IMG/VR virus record: IMGVR_UViG_3300045988_104021
Span: 1 to 62,869 of that record
Direction: 5' to 3' (one strand)
Origin: a virus
Length of the DNA stretch: 62,869 bases
Shown piece by piece: positions 1 through 8,490 of this stretch (the first letter of the stretch is position 1; each line of letters opens with the position of its first letter). The notes beneath the pieces were generated by a model. That model was not told where the DNA came from. It ran no database searches and saw only the letters and a list, made by a program, of their open reading frames with translations. The position numbers and the translations under genes are program-made.

Positions 1-224
1 AAAGGTATATCCAATCCGAAAAAGGCAAAGCGGCGCAAAAAAGGTATATCCAATCCGAAAAAGGCAAAGCGGCACAAAAAAGATATGCCCAATCTGATAG
101 GGGTAAGAAAATGCAGAGAAGAAAGGCAAAACGCCGCTGGCAGAAAGAACTTGAAAGGCGTGATATGGAGAAATGGAAACAGGAAGTCCGGGAGTACAAT
201 AAGATGCACCGATACGAAAATTAA
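1..224 (+). CDS. 3' portion of the junction-spanning ORF that starts at 62629 (tandem QSEKGKAAQKRYI repeats, then a basic K/R/E-rich tail)
   Basis: Nt 1-36 duplicate 62834-62869. The frame of 62629.. continues in phase to TAA 222-224. Translation ends ...QSEKGKAAQKRYAQSDRGKKMQRRKAKRRWQKELERRDMEKWKQEVREYNKMHRYEN. Confidence 0.6.
   Translation, partial: RYIQSEKGKAAQKRYIQSEKGKAAQKRYAQSDRGKKMQRRKAKRRWQKELERRDMEKWKQEVREYNKMHRYEN
12..89. repeat. 39-nt tandem coding repeat (caatccgaaaaaggcaaagcggcgcaaaaaaggtatatc), two units here and more at 62806-62869
   Basis: Unit 12-50 is identical to 62806-62844. Unit 51-89 has a few substitutions. A decayed partial unit follows from nt 90. Confidence 0.9.
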
Positions 225-238
225 AGGAGATTGAGTGG

Positions 239-325
239 ATGAAAGAATTACGTGAGGACATTATTCAAGCGGTAGATGAAATATTTTTATACATATACAC
301 AGAAATAAAACAGTTGTTTTCTTGA
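239..325 (+). CDS. small hypothetical protein (28 aa)
   Basis: ATG 239 lies 9 nt after AAGGAG (224-229). MKELREDIIQAVDEIFLYIYTEIKQLFS. Too short to be sure. Confidence 0.3.
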   Translation: MKELREDIIQAVDEIFLYIYTEIKQLFS

Positions 326-342
326 AATCGTTGTGCTATCAT
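314..342 (+). promoter_or_regulatory. sigma-A-type promoter for the parA operon
   Basis: TTGTTT (314-319), 17-nt spacer, TGc-TATCAT (334-342, extended -10). The leader carries ACAGAAAA and CACAGATA. Confidence 0.45.
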
Positions 343-379
343 ACAGAAAAGGCACAGATAGAGGGAGTATGATGGTACA

Positions 380-1150
380 GTGGCCCATAAAATCATGATA
401 GGATGCCAAAAGGGCGGCATAGGTAAGACATCTACCGCCGTGATATTGTCAGAGATATTGGCGGCATCCGGAAGTAAGGTGCTAGTGTTGGATTTGGACA
501 GCCAAGGGAATGCTACGCAGATGCTCACTCAAAAAAGCATATATACCTATAGTGGCAACACGATGCTTGAAGCAATCATGGAGCGAAATCCTGAAAAGTA
601 TCTGATTCATCCAAAAGAAAACATTGATTTGATACCAGCGGATGATATGCTGGTAACTTTCAGCCGGTACATTTACCGTGAAAAGGTTCCGAACCCGGTA
701 AAGGCTCTTGGAAGTGCTATCCGTGAGATAGAGGGAAATTATGATTATATCGTCATGGATTGTCCACCGAACCTTGGGGATTTGGTTCTGAACGCTATCG
801 TGTACAGTGACTATATCATCATTCCGATACATCCGGATGGTTTTGGTTCCGATGCTCTTGATCGATTTGTTTCCAACATTGAAGATGCGGTGGAAAACGG
901 TCATACGAAAGCAAAGATACTAGGAATCCTGTTTACCATGAGAGATATGCGGAACTCGCTGGAGCGGACATTCGGAGAAAACATCCGTGAAAGATACGGT
1001 GACCGTGTATTCCATACGGAAATAAAGCGCAGAGCAAAGATTAAAGAATTTGCGTTTACAGGTACCCGGATGGAGAAAAAGGCAGAAATTGAAACGCTAT
1101 CAGATTATATTGACCTTGCAAAAGAAGTTATAACAAGAATAAACGGTTAG
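380..1150 (+). CDS. parA: ParA/Soj-family partition ATPase
   Basis: Deviant Walker A CQKGGIGKTSTAV, then VLVLDLDSQGNAT and later MDCPPNLG. Start may be GTG 380 or ATG 395. Confidence 0.9.
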   Translation: MAHKIMIGCQKGGIGKTSTAVILSEILAASGSKVLVLDLDSQGNATQMLTQKSIYTYSGNTMLEAIMERNPEKYLIHPKENIDLIPADDMLVTFSRYIYREKVPNPVKALGSAIREIEGNYDYIVMDCPPNLGDLVLNAIVYSDYIIIPIHPDGFGSDALDRFVSNIEDAVENGHTKAKILGILFTMRDMRNSLERTFGENIRERYGDRVFHTEIKRRAKIKEFAFTGTRMEKKAEIETLSDYIDLAKEVITRING

Positions 1151-1162
1151 GAGGTAGTTATT

Positions 1163-1507
1163 GTGTCAAAAGGCAATGATTTATTAAAAAAGAGACTGCA
1201 AGAACTGAATGAGAACAAAAAAGAAACGGAAAGTAACAAGCCGGATGTGGTAAATACCATCGTGACCGGCAAGGAAGAAAAACAGAATTTTTCCGATATA
1301 GCAGCACAGTTGGAAGAAAGGAAGAGGAAATTAACGGAAGGACAGGCCGGAGCAAATGATGGTTATGTAAAAGATACGATTTATATTCGCAAGGATTTAT
1401 GGGAAGCAATGCAGGCATTATGTATTGAAAAAGGCGATAAGAAGAACCATGTCAATGCGGCTTATGAGGATTACATTTCAAAAATGCACCGATTATTGTC
1501 AGAATAA
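1163..1507 (+). CDS. small partner of ParA, possible ribbon-helix-helix centromere-binding protein
   Basis: GTG start 8 nt after AGGAGG, 12 nt downstream of parA. Charged N-half. C-terminal DTIYIRKDLWEAMQALCIEKGD looks like a strand-helix RHH unit. The assignment rests on position. Confidence 0.45.
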   Translation: MSKGNDLLKKRLQELNENKKETESNKPDVVNTIVTGKEEKQNFSDIAAQLEERKRKLTEGQAGANDGYVKDTIYIRKDLWEAMQALCIEKGDKKNHVNAAYEDYISKMHRLLSE

Positions 1508-1513
1508 TCTAGT

Positions 1514-1566
1514 AAAAAAGGCAGAGAATGGATTGTATACCAACAATTATTCCCTGCTTTTTTTTA
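1514..1566. terminator. bidirectional intrinsic terminator between convergent genes
   Basis: An A-run, stem gcagagaat (1521-1529) / attccctgc (1549-1557) with one mismatch, then a T-run 1558-1566. Confidence 0.7.
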
Positions 1567-1569
1567 TAG

Positions 1570-1593
1570 ATGTTATATAATTATATCGAACAT
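1570..1593. promoter_or_regulatory. AT-rich imperfect palindrome next to the recombinase 3' end (candidate attP core or centromere site)
   Basis: atgtt-atataattatat-cg-aacat. The inner 12-mer is perfectly palindromic and the outer ATGTT/AACAT arms pair. Confidence 0.25.
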
Positions 1594-1604
1594 ATATTCC
1601 TCAA

Positions 1605-3008
1605 TTACTTAGCGAACGACCAATAGAAATAAACCTCGCTATCATCCACTTCTATCCGTTCCAAGAGTTGAAACAAAGAATACCGCACATACTCTATATT
1701 TCCTTTTCGCATGGCCGCAGGAAGTTCTTGAATGAGAAGTTTGGCCGCTTCCATTCTAAATGTATTTGTATTGCCTTTTTGATTTGTATTGATTTGATTA
1801 AGTAACCGCATCTTTTCTTGATATAGAGAATCAATTCTTTGTGAAACATCCACAACTTGGAGTGTAGAGTCGTTCGCTTGGTATAAGTCCATTAAACGTC
1901 CTATCTCTTCGTTTAATCGTGTAATTTCCTCTTGGACTTTGCCGACAATGATACCGCCTTTTGGCGGTATTTTTTTTATTTCATGAAATAATTGAGGATT
2001 TTTGTTAAATCGGCTTATTTCATCGTATACTACATTTTCTAATTCTTCAAGAATCCAATTTTTGTTTTTACAGTTTGGGTCCTTTACCATGAGACGATTA
2101 ACCTTTGACCTGGAGTGGCAGCAATAGAACTTTTTCTTGTTAGAGTTTTGCTTTACACCATACCTTGCGCCACATTTAGCACAGTATACCAGACCGGATA
2201 AAACGTACTTGCTACCCTTTTTTGCGTATTTATGGACACCGGAACGCATATAGGAAACACGTTCAAAAGTTTCCTTTGAAACGATAGGGTCATGGCTGTC
2301 CGGTGTAAGAGTACCTTCAAAGTGAACGGTGCCTATATAGAGCGGATTATCCAGAACCGTTGCAATCGTTCCGGGGTGCCGCCAATCTCCATGTTTAGTT
2401 GTATAACCCTGCATTCGCTCGGATATGGCTGCAATAGATAGTCCGGCAGCATAGTATTCAAACACCATTCGCACCTGCTCCGCTTCTTTTTCATTTATGA
2501 CCAGCTCACCATCTATATAGTCATAGCCGATTGGGTCTGTACCGCCACCATGCCAATTTCCTTTTTTCGCACGACCGATACGACCGCCGAAAGTTCTTTC
2601 TTTGATTGTTTCCCTCTCCAGTTGAGCGAATACGGAAAGTATACCAACCATGGCACGTCCGAAAGATGTTGTTGTATCAAAGGATTCCGCTACCGATACA
2701 AAGTCAACGCCATTTGGAAGAAACAACTCTTCTATCAGATACAATGTGTCTTTTTGAGACCTTGAAAGCCTGTCCAATTTGGTTACGAGAACAACGTCAA
2801 TTTTCCCATCTTCAACGGCTTGAATCATCCGCTCCATGGCCGGACGTTCCAGAGTAGCACCACTATATCCAGGATCGATGAATATATCAACACATACCCA
2901 TCCCTTAGCCTTACAAAATGCAAGCAACTTTTCTTTTTGCTCCGGTATGGATGTATTTTCTTTTTGTCCGTCCGTTGATACCCTTCCATAAATCCCTACT
3001 CTTTTCAT
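1605..3008 (-). CDS. large serine recombinase (integrase)
   Basis: N-terminal resolvase-type catalytic domain MKRVGIYGRVSTDGQ...LVTKLDRLSRS...GILSVFAQLERE. Then a recombinase domain and a Cys-rich zinc module (YCAKCGARY...FYCCHSR) with a coiled-coil tail. Preferred start is ATG 3008. Confidence 0.9.
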   Translation of the reverse strand: MKRVGIYGRVSTDGQKENTSIPEQKEKLLAFCKAKGWVCVDIFIDPGYSGATLERPAMERMIQAVEDGKIDVVLVTKLDRLSRSQKDTLYLIEELFLPNGVDFVSVAESFDTTTSFGRAMVGILSVFAQLERETIKERTFGGRIGRAKKGNWHGGGTDPIGYDYIDGELVINEKEAEQVRMVFEYYAAGLSIAAISERMQGYTTKHGDWRHPGTIATVLDNPLYIGTVHFEGTLTPDSHDPIVSKETFERVSYMRSGVHKYAKKGSKYVLSGLVYCAKCGARYGVKQNSNKKKFYCCHSRSKVNRLMVKDPNCKNKNWILEELENVVYDEISRFNKNPQLFHEIKKIPPKGGIIVGKVQEEITRLNEEIGRLMDLYQANDSTLQVVDVSQRIDSLYQEKMRLLNQINTNQKGNTNTFRMEAAKLLIQELPAAMRKGNIEYVRYSLFQLLERIEVDDSEVYFYWSFAK

Positions 3009-3067
3009 GCCGAAAGCACCCCTTATACATTTTTTTAACTTTTTATACATTATACTACAAAAAACTA

Positions 3068-3096
3068 TTGACATTTACTTCCAGAAAGAGTATGAT
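3068..3096 (+). promoter_or_regulatory. strong sigma-A-type promoter for the early rightward operon
   Basis: TTGACA (3068-3073), 17-nt spacer, TATGAT (3091-3096). It is followed by a CA-rich ACAGAAA-repeat leader. Confidence 0.6.
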
Positions 3097-3155
3097 TACA
3101 AGTACAGAAACAAAACAGAAAACAAACAGCCAAACACAGAAAGGGGGTTGAGAAG

Positions 3156-3470
3156 TTGGACAAGCAGAAGATTACAAAGGCTCTTGTAAAAATTGGAGTG
3201 AAAAGAAGCCTGAAAGGCTTTGACTATCTCACAAGTTGCATCGGTCATGAAATCGAAAAAAGTCGCACCGTGTGGAGTTGTGTTCGCACCGTTGCGGATG
3301 AGTTTGGATGTGAATATGCGACAGTGGAGCATTGCATCCGGACCGCAGTTGGTAGTTGCAGTAAGAATATTGCTCCTGAAGATCGAGCAAGGCTTTTTGG
3401 CAATCAGAAGATGACAACGGCAGTTTTTGTTAAAACCGTTGCATCATGTATCAAAGATGGTACGTTGTAA
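3156..3470 (+). CDS. stand-alone Spo0A C-terminal (DNA-binding) domain-like protein
   Basis: IGVKRSLKGFDYLTSCI ... VADEFGCEYATVEHCIRTAV ... LFGNQKMTTAVFVKTVA lines up with the Spo0A effector domain (IGVPAHIKGYLYLREAI ... SRVERAIRHAIEVAW ... LFG...PTNSEFI). There is no receiver domain. TTG start after AAGGGGG. Confidence 0.7.
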   Translation: MDKQKITKALVKIGVKRSLKGFDYLTSCIGHEIEKSRTVWSCVRTVADEFGCEYATVEHCIRTAVGSCSKNIAPEDRARLFGNQKMTTAVFVKTVASCIKDGTL

Positions 3471-3511
3471 AGTAAAATGTAAACGCTTACATAAGCGAGA
3501 AAGGAAAGGTT

Positions 3512-5455
3512 ATGAAAGAAATTATTTTAAAACAGGTGCATATGGAGAACTTCAAGAGATTTCAGAATGAAACAATTGAGTTCGGACAGAGGACAAGCAT
3601 CTTCGGTCAGAATTATCTTGGAAAATCTTCAATTGCCGATTTATTCTCATGGGTTCTGTTCAATAAGAGCATTACCGGGAACGTAGAGGGAAAGCATTTC
3701 CACCCTCGTAGATATGACGAAAACGGTGTAAATATCGACTATGTGGATGTTGTCGGTGAAATTGTTATCCTGGTGGATGGAGTGGAAACAAAAATCCGAA
3801 AAGTTCAGAAGCAAAATTGGGTGCGCCATCGTGGTTCCGAATCGGAGGTCTATGAGGGGGATTCACAGGAATATGAGTGGAACGATGTACCGGTGTCGGC
3901 CACAGAACATAAGAAGAGGGTTGATGAAATTATTTTGGAAAAAGTGTTCATGCTTCTGACGAATCCGGCAGCGTTCCCATCAAAATCGGATAAAGATCAG
4001 CGAAAGTTTCTCATGGAACACGTGGAAAAGATAACAGATGCCGATGTACTTGCAAATCATCCGGAGTTTGACTTCGTGGTTAAAGCCATGGGTAACTTAA
4101 CGATGGAAGAGTTGGAAGCTAAAAACAAGAAAGAAATTGATGCTTACGAAAAAAAGAAAGCGGAACTTCCAACACGAATCGACCAGGAGAGAAAGCACAT
4201 TGAGGAAATGGACTTCTCTTCCGTTGAAGCGGAATTGGCAAGTGCTGAAAAGGAACTTTCCGAGAATGAATCAAAGATTGAGGATACCGGTAAGGCTTAT
4301 GAGAATTTGAACGCTCTGAAAGCCAAAAAAGCGGAGTTACAGGGGGAAAAGATTCAGATTGAATCGGAGCAGAACCTTGAAAACGAAAAGAAAAAGAGAA
4401 CACTTCAGGATGCAGTTGATAAAGCCGGTTCAGAGTTCGATGAGTATTTCAGAGAAAGTCAGAAACTCAATAGAGATTTAGATGGTTTGAAATCTCAAAT
4501 GGAAAGAAACAAAAAGGAACTTGAAGAATGCCGTGAGCAGTACAAGGATGAAATGAGCAAGGAAATGGACGAATCCACTCTGGTATGCCCTACTTGCGGT
4601 CAGGAGTTTCCGGAAGATAAAAAAGAGGAAATCAAAGCCGCTTTTGCTGAAAAGAAAGCAAATGCCCTCAGAGCCATCAACGAAAGAGGTAGCAATTTAT
4701 GTAAGGAAATTAAGGAAGTGGATGAAAAGGCTGCATCTATCGAAGAGAGAATTGAGGAACTGAAAGAATTAAAGATTAAGGCTCAATCGGAAGAGAGCAA
4801 AGCAAAAAAGGAACTGGACGCTTTCTGCAACGAACCAAAAGAGCATACATCTGAATGGCTTGCATTGGATGAAAAGATTGCAGAATTGGAGTCTGATATT
4901 GCAGGAATCGACACTTCGGATGCCGACACCTTAAAAGAACTGCTGAAATCGGAACGCTCCAAGATTCAGAAGCACATAGACGTTCTAAAGAGCCGTCTTG
5001 CGCTGAAAGATGTGATTGAGAAGTCAAAAGAGACCGTCAAAGAACTGGAAGAAGCTATGGCGCAGAACACTCAAAACCTTGCGAATTGTGAGCGTTTGAA
5101 AAAGGAGATTGAGAAGTTCCGAACAACGAAGAATCAGATGTTATCTGACCGTGTAAACAAGCGGTTCAAGGTGGTTAAGTGGAAACTGTTTGAAAAACAG
5201 AAAAACGGCGGTATCAAGGATGTTTGTGTGTGCATGATTCACGGCTCACAGTACGGAGAGAACACCACATCCGCAACCGAGCGAATGATGGCCGGAATGG
5301 ACATTATCAACACCTTGCAAGAAATCTACGAAGTAAAAGCACCTATCTTCCTTGATGATGCTGACCTTTACAATGAGTGGAATATACCGGACATGGATAG
5401 CCAGCTGATTAAATTATGCGTATCACAGGACAAGGAACTGAAAGTCGAGGTGTAA
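3512..5455 (+). CDS. Rad50/SbcC/SMC-like coiled-coil ATPase
   Basis: N-terminal Walker A FGQNYLGKSSI, a long E/K-rich coiled coil with a central CPTCGQEF zinc-hook-like CxxC, and C-terminal Walker B APIFLDDAD. Confidence 0.7.
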   Translation: MKEIILKQVHMENFKRFQNETIEFGQRTSIFGQNYLGKSSIADLFSWVLFNKSITGNVEGKHFHPRRYDENGVNIDYVDVVGEIVILVDGVETKIRKVQKQNWVRHRGSESEVYEGDSQEYEWNDVPVSATEHKKRVDEIILEKVFMLLTNPAAFPSKSDKDQRKFLMEHVEKITDADVLANHPEFDFVVKAMGNLTMEELEAKNKKEIDAYEKKKAELPTRIDQERKHIEEMDFSSVEAELASAEKELSENESKIEDTGKAYENLNALKAKKAELQGEKIQIESEQNLENEKKKRTLQDAVDKAGSEFDEYFRESQKLNRDLDGLKSQMERNKKELEECREQYKDEMSKEMDESTLVCPTCGQEFPEDKKEEIKAAFAEKKANALRAINERGSNLCKEIKEVDEKAASIEERIEELKELKIKAQSEESKAKKELDAFCNEPKEHTSEWLALDEKIAELESDIAGIDTSDADTLKELLKSERSKIQKHIDVLKSRLALKDVIEKSKETVKELEEAMAQNTQNLANCERLKKEIEKFRTTKNQMLSDRVNKRFKVVKWKLFEKQKNGGIKDVCVCMIHGSQYGENTTSATERMMAGMDIINTLQEIYEVKAPIFLDDADLYNEWNIPDMDSQLIKLCVSQDKELKVEV

Positions 5456-5456
5456 A

Positions 5457-5645
5457 GTGATAGTAGGAGATAAGGTTGTTATGAATGACAAGTACTATGT
5501 GAATCCGGCTAACAGAGGAAAGGTGTTTACCGTTAGAACAGAACCACGTGAAATTTGCGGAACAATGGCGGTATTTCTTGAAGAAAAGATAGGTTGTTAT
5601 GCAGTCGATGGACTTGCCATTGTAAATGAAAGTGAGGTGAAGTGA
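5457..5645 (+). CDS. hypothetical protein
   Basis: ORF abutting the upstream stop. No recognisable motif. Confidence 0.4.
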   Translation: MIVGDKVVMNDKYYVNPANRGKVFTVRTEPREICGTMAVFLEEKIGCYAVDGLAIVNESEVK

Positions 5646-5660
5646 AATGACGATTATGGA

Positions 5661-5888
5661 ATGATAGCAGGCTTAATTGTGATCGATATTGTAGCAACCG
5701 CTGTACTAACGATTGTTGCAATACAGGCACGAAATGAAGCTTTTGCAGCAAGTTATTATTCTGATCAAACCATGACAGATGTAATGAAACTTAGACGGAA
5801 AATAGTCGATATTAGTGAAAACGAAGAAACAATATTGTATCGTAAGTTCTTAAAATTTCTTGAAAATGAAATAGAGAAAGGAGAATAG
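5661..5888 (+). CDS. hypothetical small membrane protein
   Basis: N-terminal hydrophobic helix IAGLIVIDIVATAVLTIVAI. Confidence 0.4.
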   Translation: MIAGLIVIDIVATAVLTIVAIQARNEAFAASYYSDQTMTDVMKLRRKIVDISENEETILYRKFLKFLENEIEKGE

Positions 5889-5890
5889 AA

Positions 5891-6262
5891 ATGAATCTAA
5901 TCAAGTTAAAGTTTTTAAGAAACGGCGAACCATCCGGCAGAGAATACACATATATCAGCAAATCTGATGTAGCGGTAGGAGATACAGTCATCGTAAGACC
6001 ACCAGAAAGTCCAGATCATGAACCGCCGAAAGGAATTATCACGATGGTAGATGTTCCGGAATCAGAGGTTGAGAGTTTCAAGGACAAGCTGAAAGAGATT
6101 GTAGGACCAATATGCGCCACTTGTGAAACGTGCGAACACCTTATAGCTTGCGGAGAAGGTGACCATATCTGTGACGCAGGAGAAGGAAAGGTTGTACTTT
6201 CTGACTATGAACAAACGGATGATTTCTACTGGTGCAAAGGTAGAAAATACAAAGAAAAATAA
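5891..6262 (+). CDS. hypothetical Cys-rich protein
   Basis: ATG follows GGAGAA. C-terminal CATCETCEHLIACGEGDHIC cluster. Confidence 0.45.
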   Translation: MNLIKLKFLRNGEPSGREYTYISKSDVAVGDTVIVRPPESPDHEPPKGIITMVDVPESEVESFKDKLKEIVGPICATCETCEHLIACGEGDHICDAGEGKVVLSDYEQTDDFYWCKGRKYKEK

Positions 6263-6280
6263 GAAAGTGAGGACTATCAA

Positions 6281-6400
6281 ATGAACAGAAATCGCAAATT
6301 GAGTGAAAAGACATACGGACCTAGACACGTGCAGCCACATATGCCATTGGACCGTGCAACAAAAAAGAAAGTTAAAAGAACTGCAAAGAAAGGATGGTAA
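6281..6400 (+). CDS. small basic hypothetical protein (39 aa)
   Basis: ATG 6281 follows AGTGAGGA. Fills the gap before the next gene. Confidence 0.3.
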   Translation: MNRNRKLSEKTYGPRHVQPHMPLDRATKKKVKRTAKKGW

Positions 6401-7558
6401 GTGATTATGTCAGAAGAAACAACGAAAAACGAGGTATCAAAAGGACAGGAAATGAGAACTGTCTTATCTGTAGCAACAAACAACTATATGCAGGTAATCA
6501 AGAAACAGATGAATGAGGGAGGTGCCACCTTTGATGAGTATTCCGGAAAATGTGTCATGTCGGCCATGGCTGCTATCAACAACATGATTCATGGTAAGGG
6601 ATTGACGTTCAACGACCTCAATTCATCCAATGTAAACGAAATTCTTATTCAGATTGCGACATTGAAACTGAATGCCAATGCGGTACCGAGAGAGTGCTAT
6701 TTTCAGGTTCGCAATGTGAATGTTGGCGGTAAAGGTCAGCAGGAACAATGGGAAAAGCAGATTGAAATGGGTATTGAGGGCGATGGTAACGATGCTATTC
6801 TTGCAAGATTCGGACGAGATGTAAAAAAGGTATGTCAGGTATGGCTTGTAAGAGAAAAGGACAAATTCGTATATCCAAAGCATAACGGACTTGAGATGAC
6901 CGCTCCGCAATGGGAACCAACCGGACAGGGCGAAGTAATCCGTGTTGTATACCCAATCATCAAAACGGACAACACCGTTGAGTATTACATCGGAGAGCGG
7001 AGAGACGTTGTTAAAAACCTGTATGCTCATATCAGCAATAACATGATGAATGAGACCTTTGGACTTGTCAAAAGCGGTAAAAAGACAAGATACGATGCCA
7101 CTCCGGAAGAAAAGAAAAAGATCAATGCCAAAAAGAAAGAACTTATGTCAAAGGCAAGAAGCCTTGGTGACCTCGATAAAATCCTCGATTGCGAAGAACT
7201 CTCCCCTTATATCTCACCGGCATGGAAAGAGTATCAGAGCCGAGAGCAGATGATTATCCGCAAAATGAGAAACAACGTCACAAAGAAGATTCCGAAAGAC
7301 TTTGACAGTGCCTTGACCGCTGAACAGTACAACATGATGGATGATACCTACAGAGAGGTTCATGCGGAGATTGAGGACTTTGCAAACAGCACGGTATTTG
7401 ACACAGATTTCAAAGAAGTACCGGAGTCAGACCATGAACCGGAATCAAGTCAGCCGGTGGAAGAAAAAGAGGAACCATCGGAGAAGAAAGAACCTGCTCC
7501 TGAGAAAGAAGAACCAAATGGAGCGGATGCATTGGAAACACCAGAATGGCTGCAGTAG
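6401..7558 (+). CDS. putative single-strand annealing protein (RecT/Red-beta-like) with an acidic tail
   Basis: Size and position between the ATPase and an MBL-fold hydrolase, plus an acidic P/E-rich C-terminus. The family call comes from overall resemblance, not a diagnostic motif. Confidence 0.5.
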   Translation: MIMSEETTKNEVSKGQEMRTVLSVATNNYMQVIKKQMNEGGATFDEYSGKCVMSAMAAINNMIHGKGLTFNDLNSSNVNEILIQIATLKLNANAVPRECYFQVRNVNVGGKGQQEQWEKQIEMGIEGDGNDAILARFGRDVKKVCQVWLVREKDKFVYPKHNGLEMTAPQWEPTGQGEVIRVVYPIIKTDNTVEYYIGERRDVVKNLYAHISNNMMNETFGLVKSGKKTRYDATPEEKKKINAKKKELMSKARSLGDLDKILDCEELSPYISPAWKEYQSREQMIIRKMRNNVTKKIPKDFDSALTAEQYNMMDDTYREVHAEIEDFANSTVFDTDFKEVPESDHEPESSQPVEEKEEPSEKKEPAPEKEEPNGADALETPEWLQ

Positions 7559-7562
7559 GTGG

Positions 7563-8306
7563 ATGCTTATGGTATTAAAGGTAATAGCATCCGGTTCATC
7601 CGGAAACTCTTATGCTCTTGTTGATGATGATGGCATCCTGCTCATTGAAGCAGGAGTGCCACTACAAGAGGTATATGAAAAGATAGATTACAACGCAAGA
7701 AGCATCCTTGGATGCTTAGTAAGTCATTCCCACGGAGATCATGCGAAGTATATCGAGCAATATATTAAGAGCGGTATTCCGATTATGACAAACCATGAGT
7801 ACTCAATGAAACTGAAAGGAAAATATCCGTATTACATGATTCAGAGCGGAATGGCATCCTTTGATGGTATCTATTCTGTGGCATCTTTCGACTGTATTCA
7901 TGATGTACCTTGTGCAGGGTTCGTCATTAAAAACAAGACGATTGGCAAACTCCTATTCGTAACCGATACAGAGTATTTGAAGTACCGATTTGATGGAATC
8001 AATCACATCATGGTTGAAGCGAACTATGCACAGGACATCATTGACGAAAACATGAGCAGTGGTGATATTCCGAAGTCATTACGTGACCGAATCATGAAAA
8101 GCCATACGTCAATTGAAACGGCAAAGGGCATTGTACAGGCAAATAAAAACCCGATGCTTAGGAATGTAGTTCTGCTACACCTGAGCGGCCATAATTCGGA
8201 TGAAAATAGGTTCAAATCGGAAGTAACCGGCATAGCCGGTGAATACTGCACCGTAAATATTGCTCGTAAAGGAGTAGAAGTAGATTTAAGACTATGTCCT
8301 TTTTAG
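7563..8306 (+). CDS. metallo-beta-lactamase-fold hydrolase
   Basis: GSSGNSYAL...VSHSHGDHAKY (HxHxDH) and later H/D residues. The listed ORF start 7341 overlaps recT. ATG 7563 lies just after the recT stop. Confidence 0.8.
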   Translation: MLMVLKVIASGSSGNSYALVDDDGILLIEAGVPLQEVYEKIDYNARSILGCLVSHSHGDHAKYIEQYIKSGIPIMTNHEYSMKLKGKYPYYMIQSGMASFDGIYSVASFDCIHDVPCAGFVIKNKTIGKLLFVTDTEYLKYRFDGINHIMVEANYAQDIIDENMSSGDIPKSLRDRIMKSHTSIETAKGIVQANKNPMLRNVVLLHLSGHNSDENRFKSEVTGIAGEYCTVNIARKGVEVDLRLCPF

Positions 8307-8490
8307 AAATGATTGCACCAAATGAATGTTTATATATCACGGATTAACTGTAAACAAGTAAAGGCTCCCTGCCATGGTGCCGACAGGGAGCAGAAAGGAG
8401 AATTGACATTTCTCTCCGATATTTTGAAAAAAGGAATACAAAACTATCAAAATTCAACATTATTTATGTTAGAATGTGAAAAAAGAACGA

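Noticed and set aside
3512-5455. The Rad50/SMC-like ATPase as the core of a defence system (Lamassu-, Septu- or PARIS-like).
   Set aside because: It sits in a strong early operon together with a RecT-like annealase, an MBL-fold hydrolase and RecU, which is a typical phage recombination context. No nuclease-effector partner of those defence systems is adjacent.
7341-7562. A long N-terminal extension of the MBL-fold ORF.
   Set aside because: It overlaps the 3' end of the RecT-like gene in another frame, and the translation is low-complexity and K/R-rich. ATG 7563, just after the recT stop, gives a normal MBL N-terminus (KVIASGSSGNSYAL).
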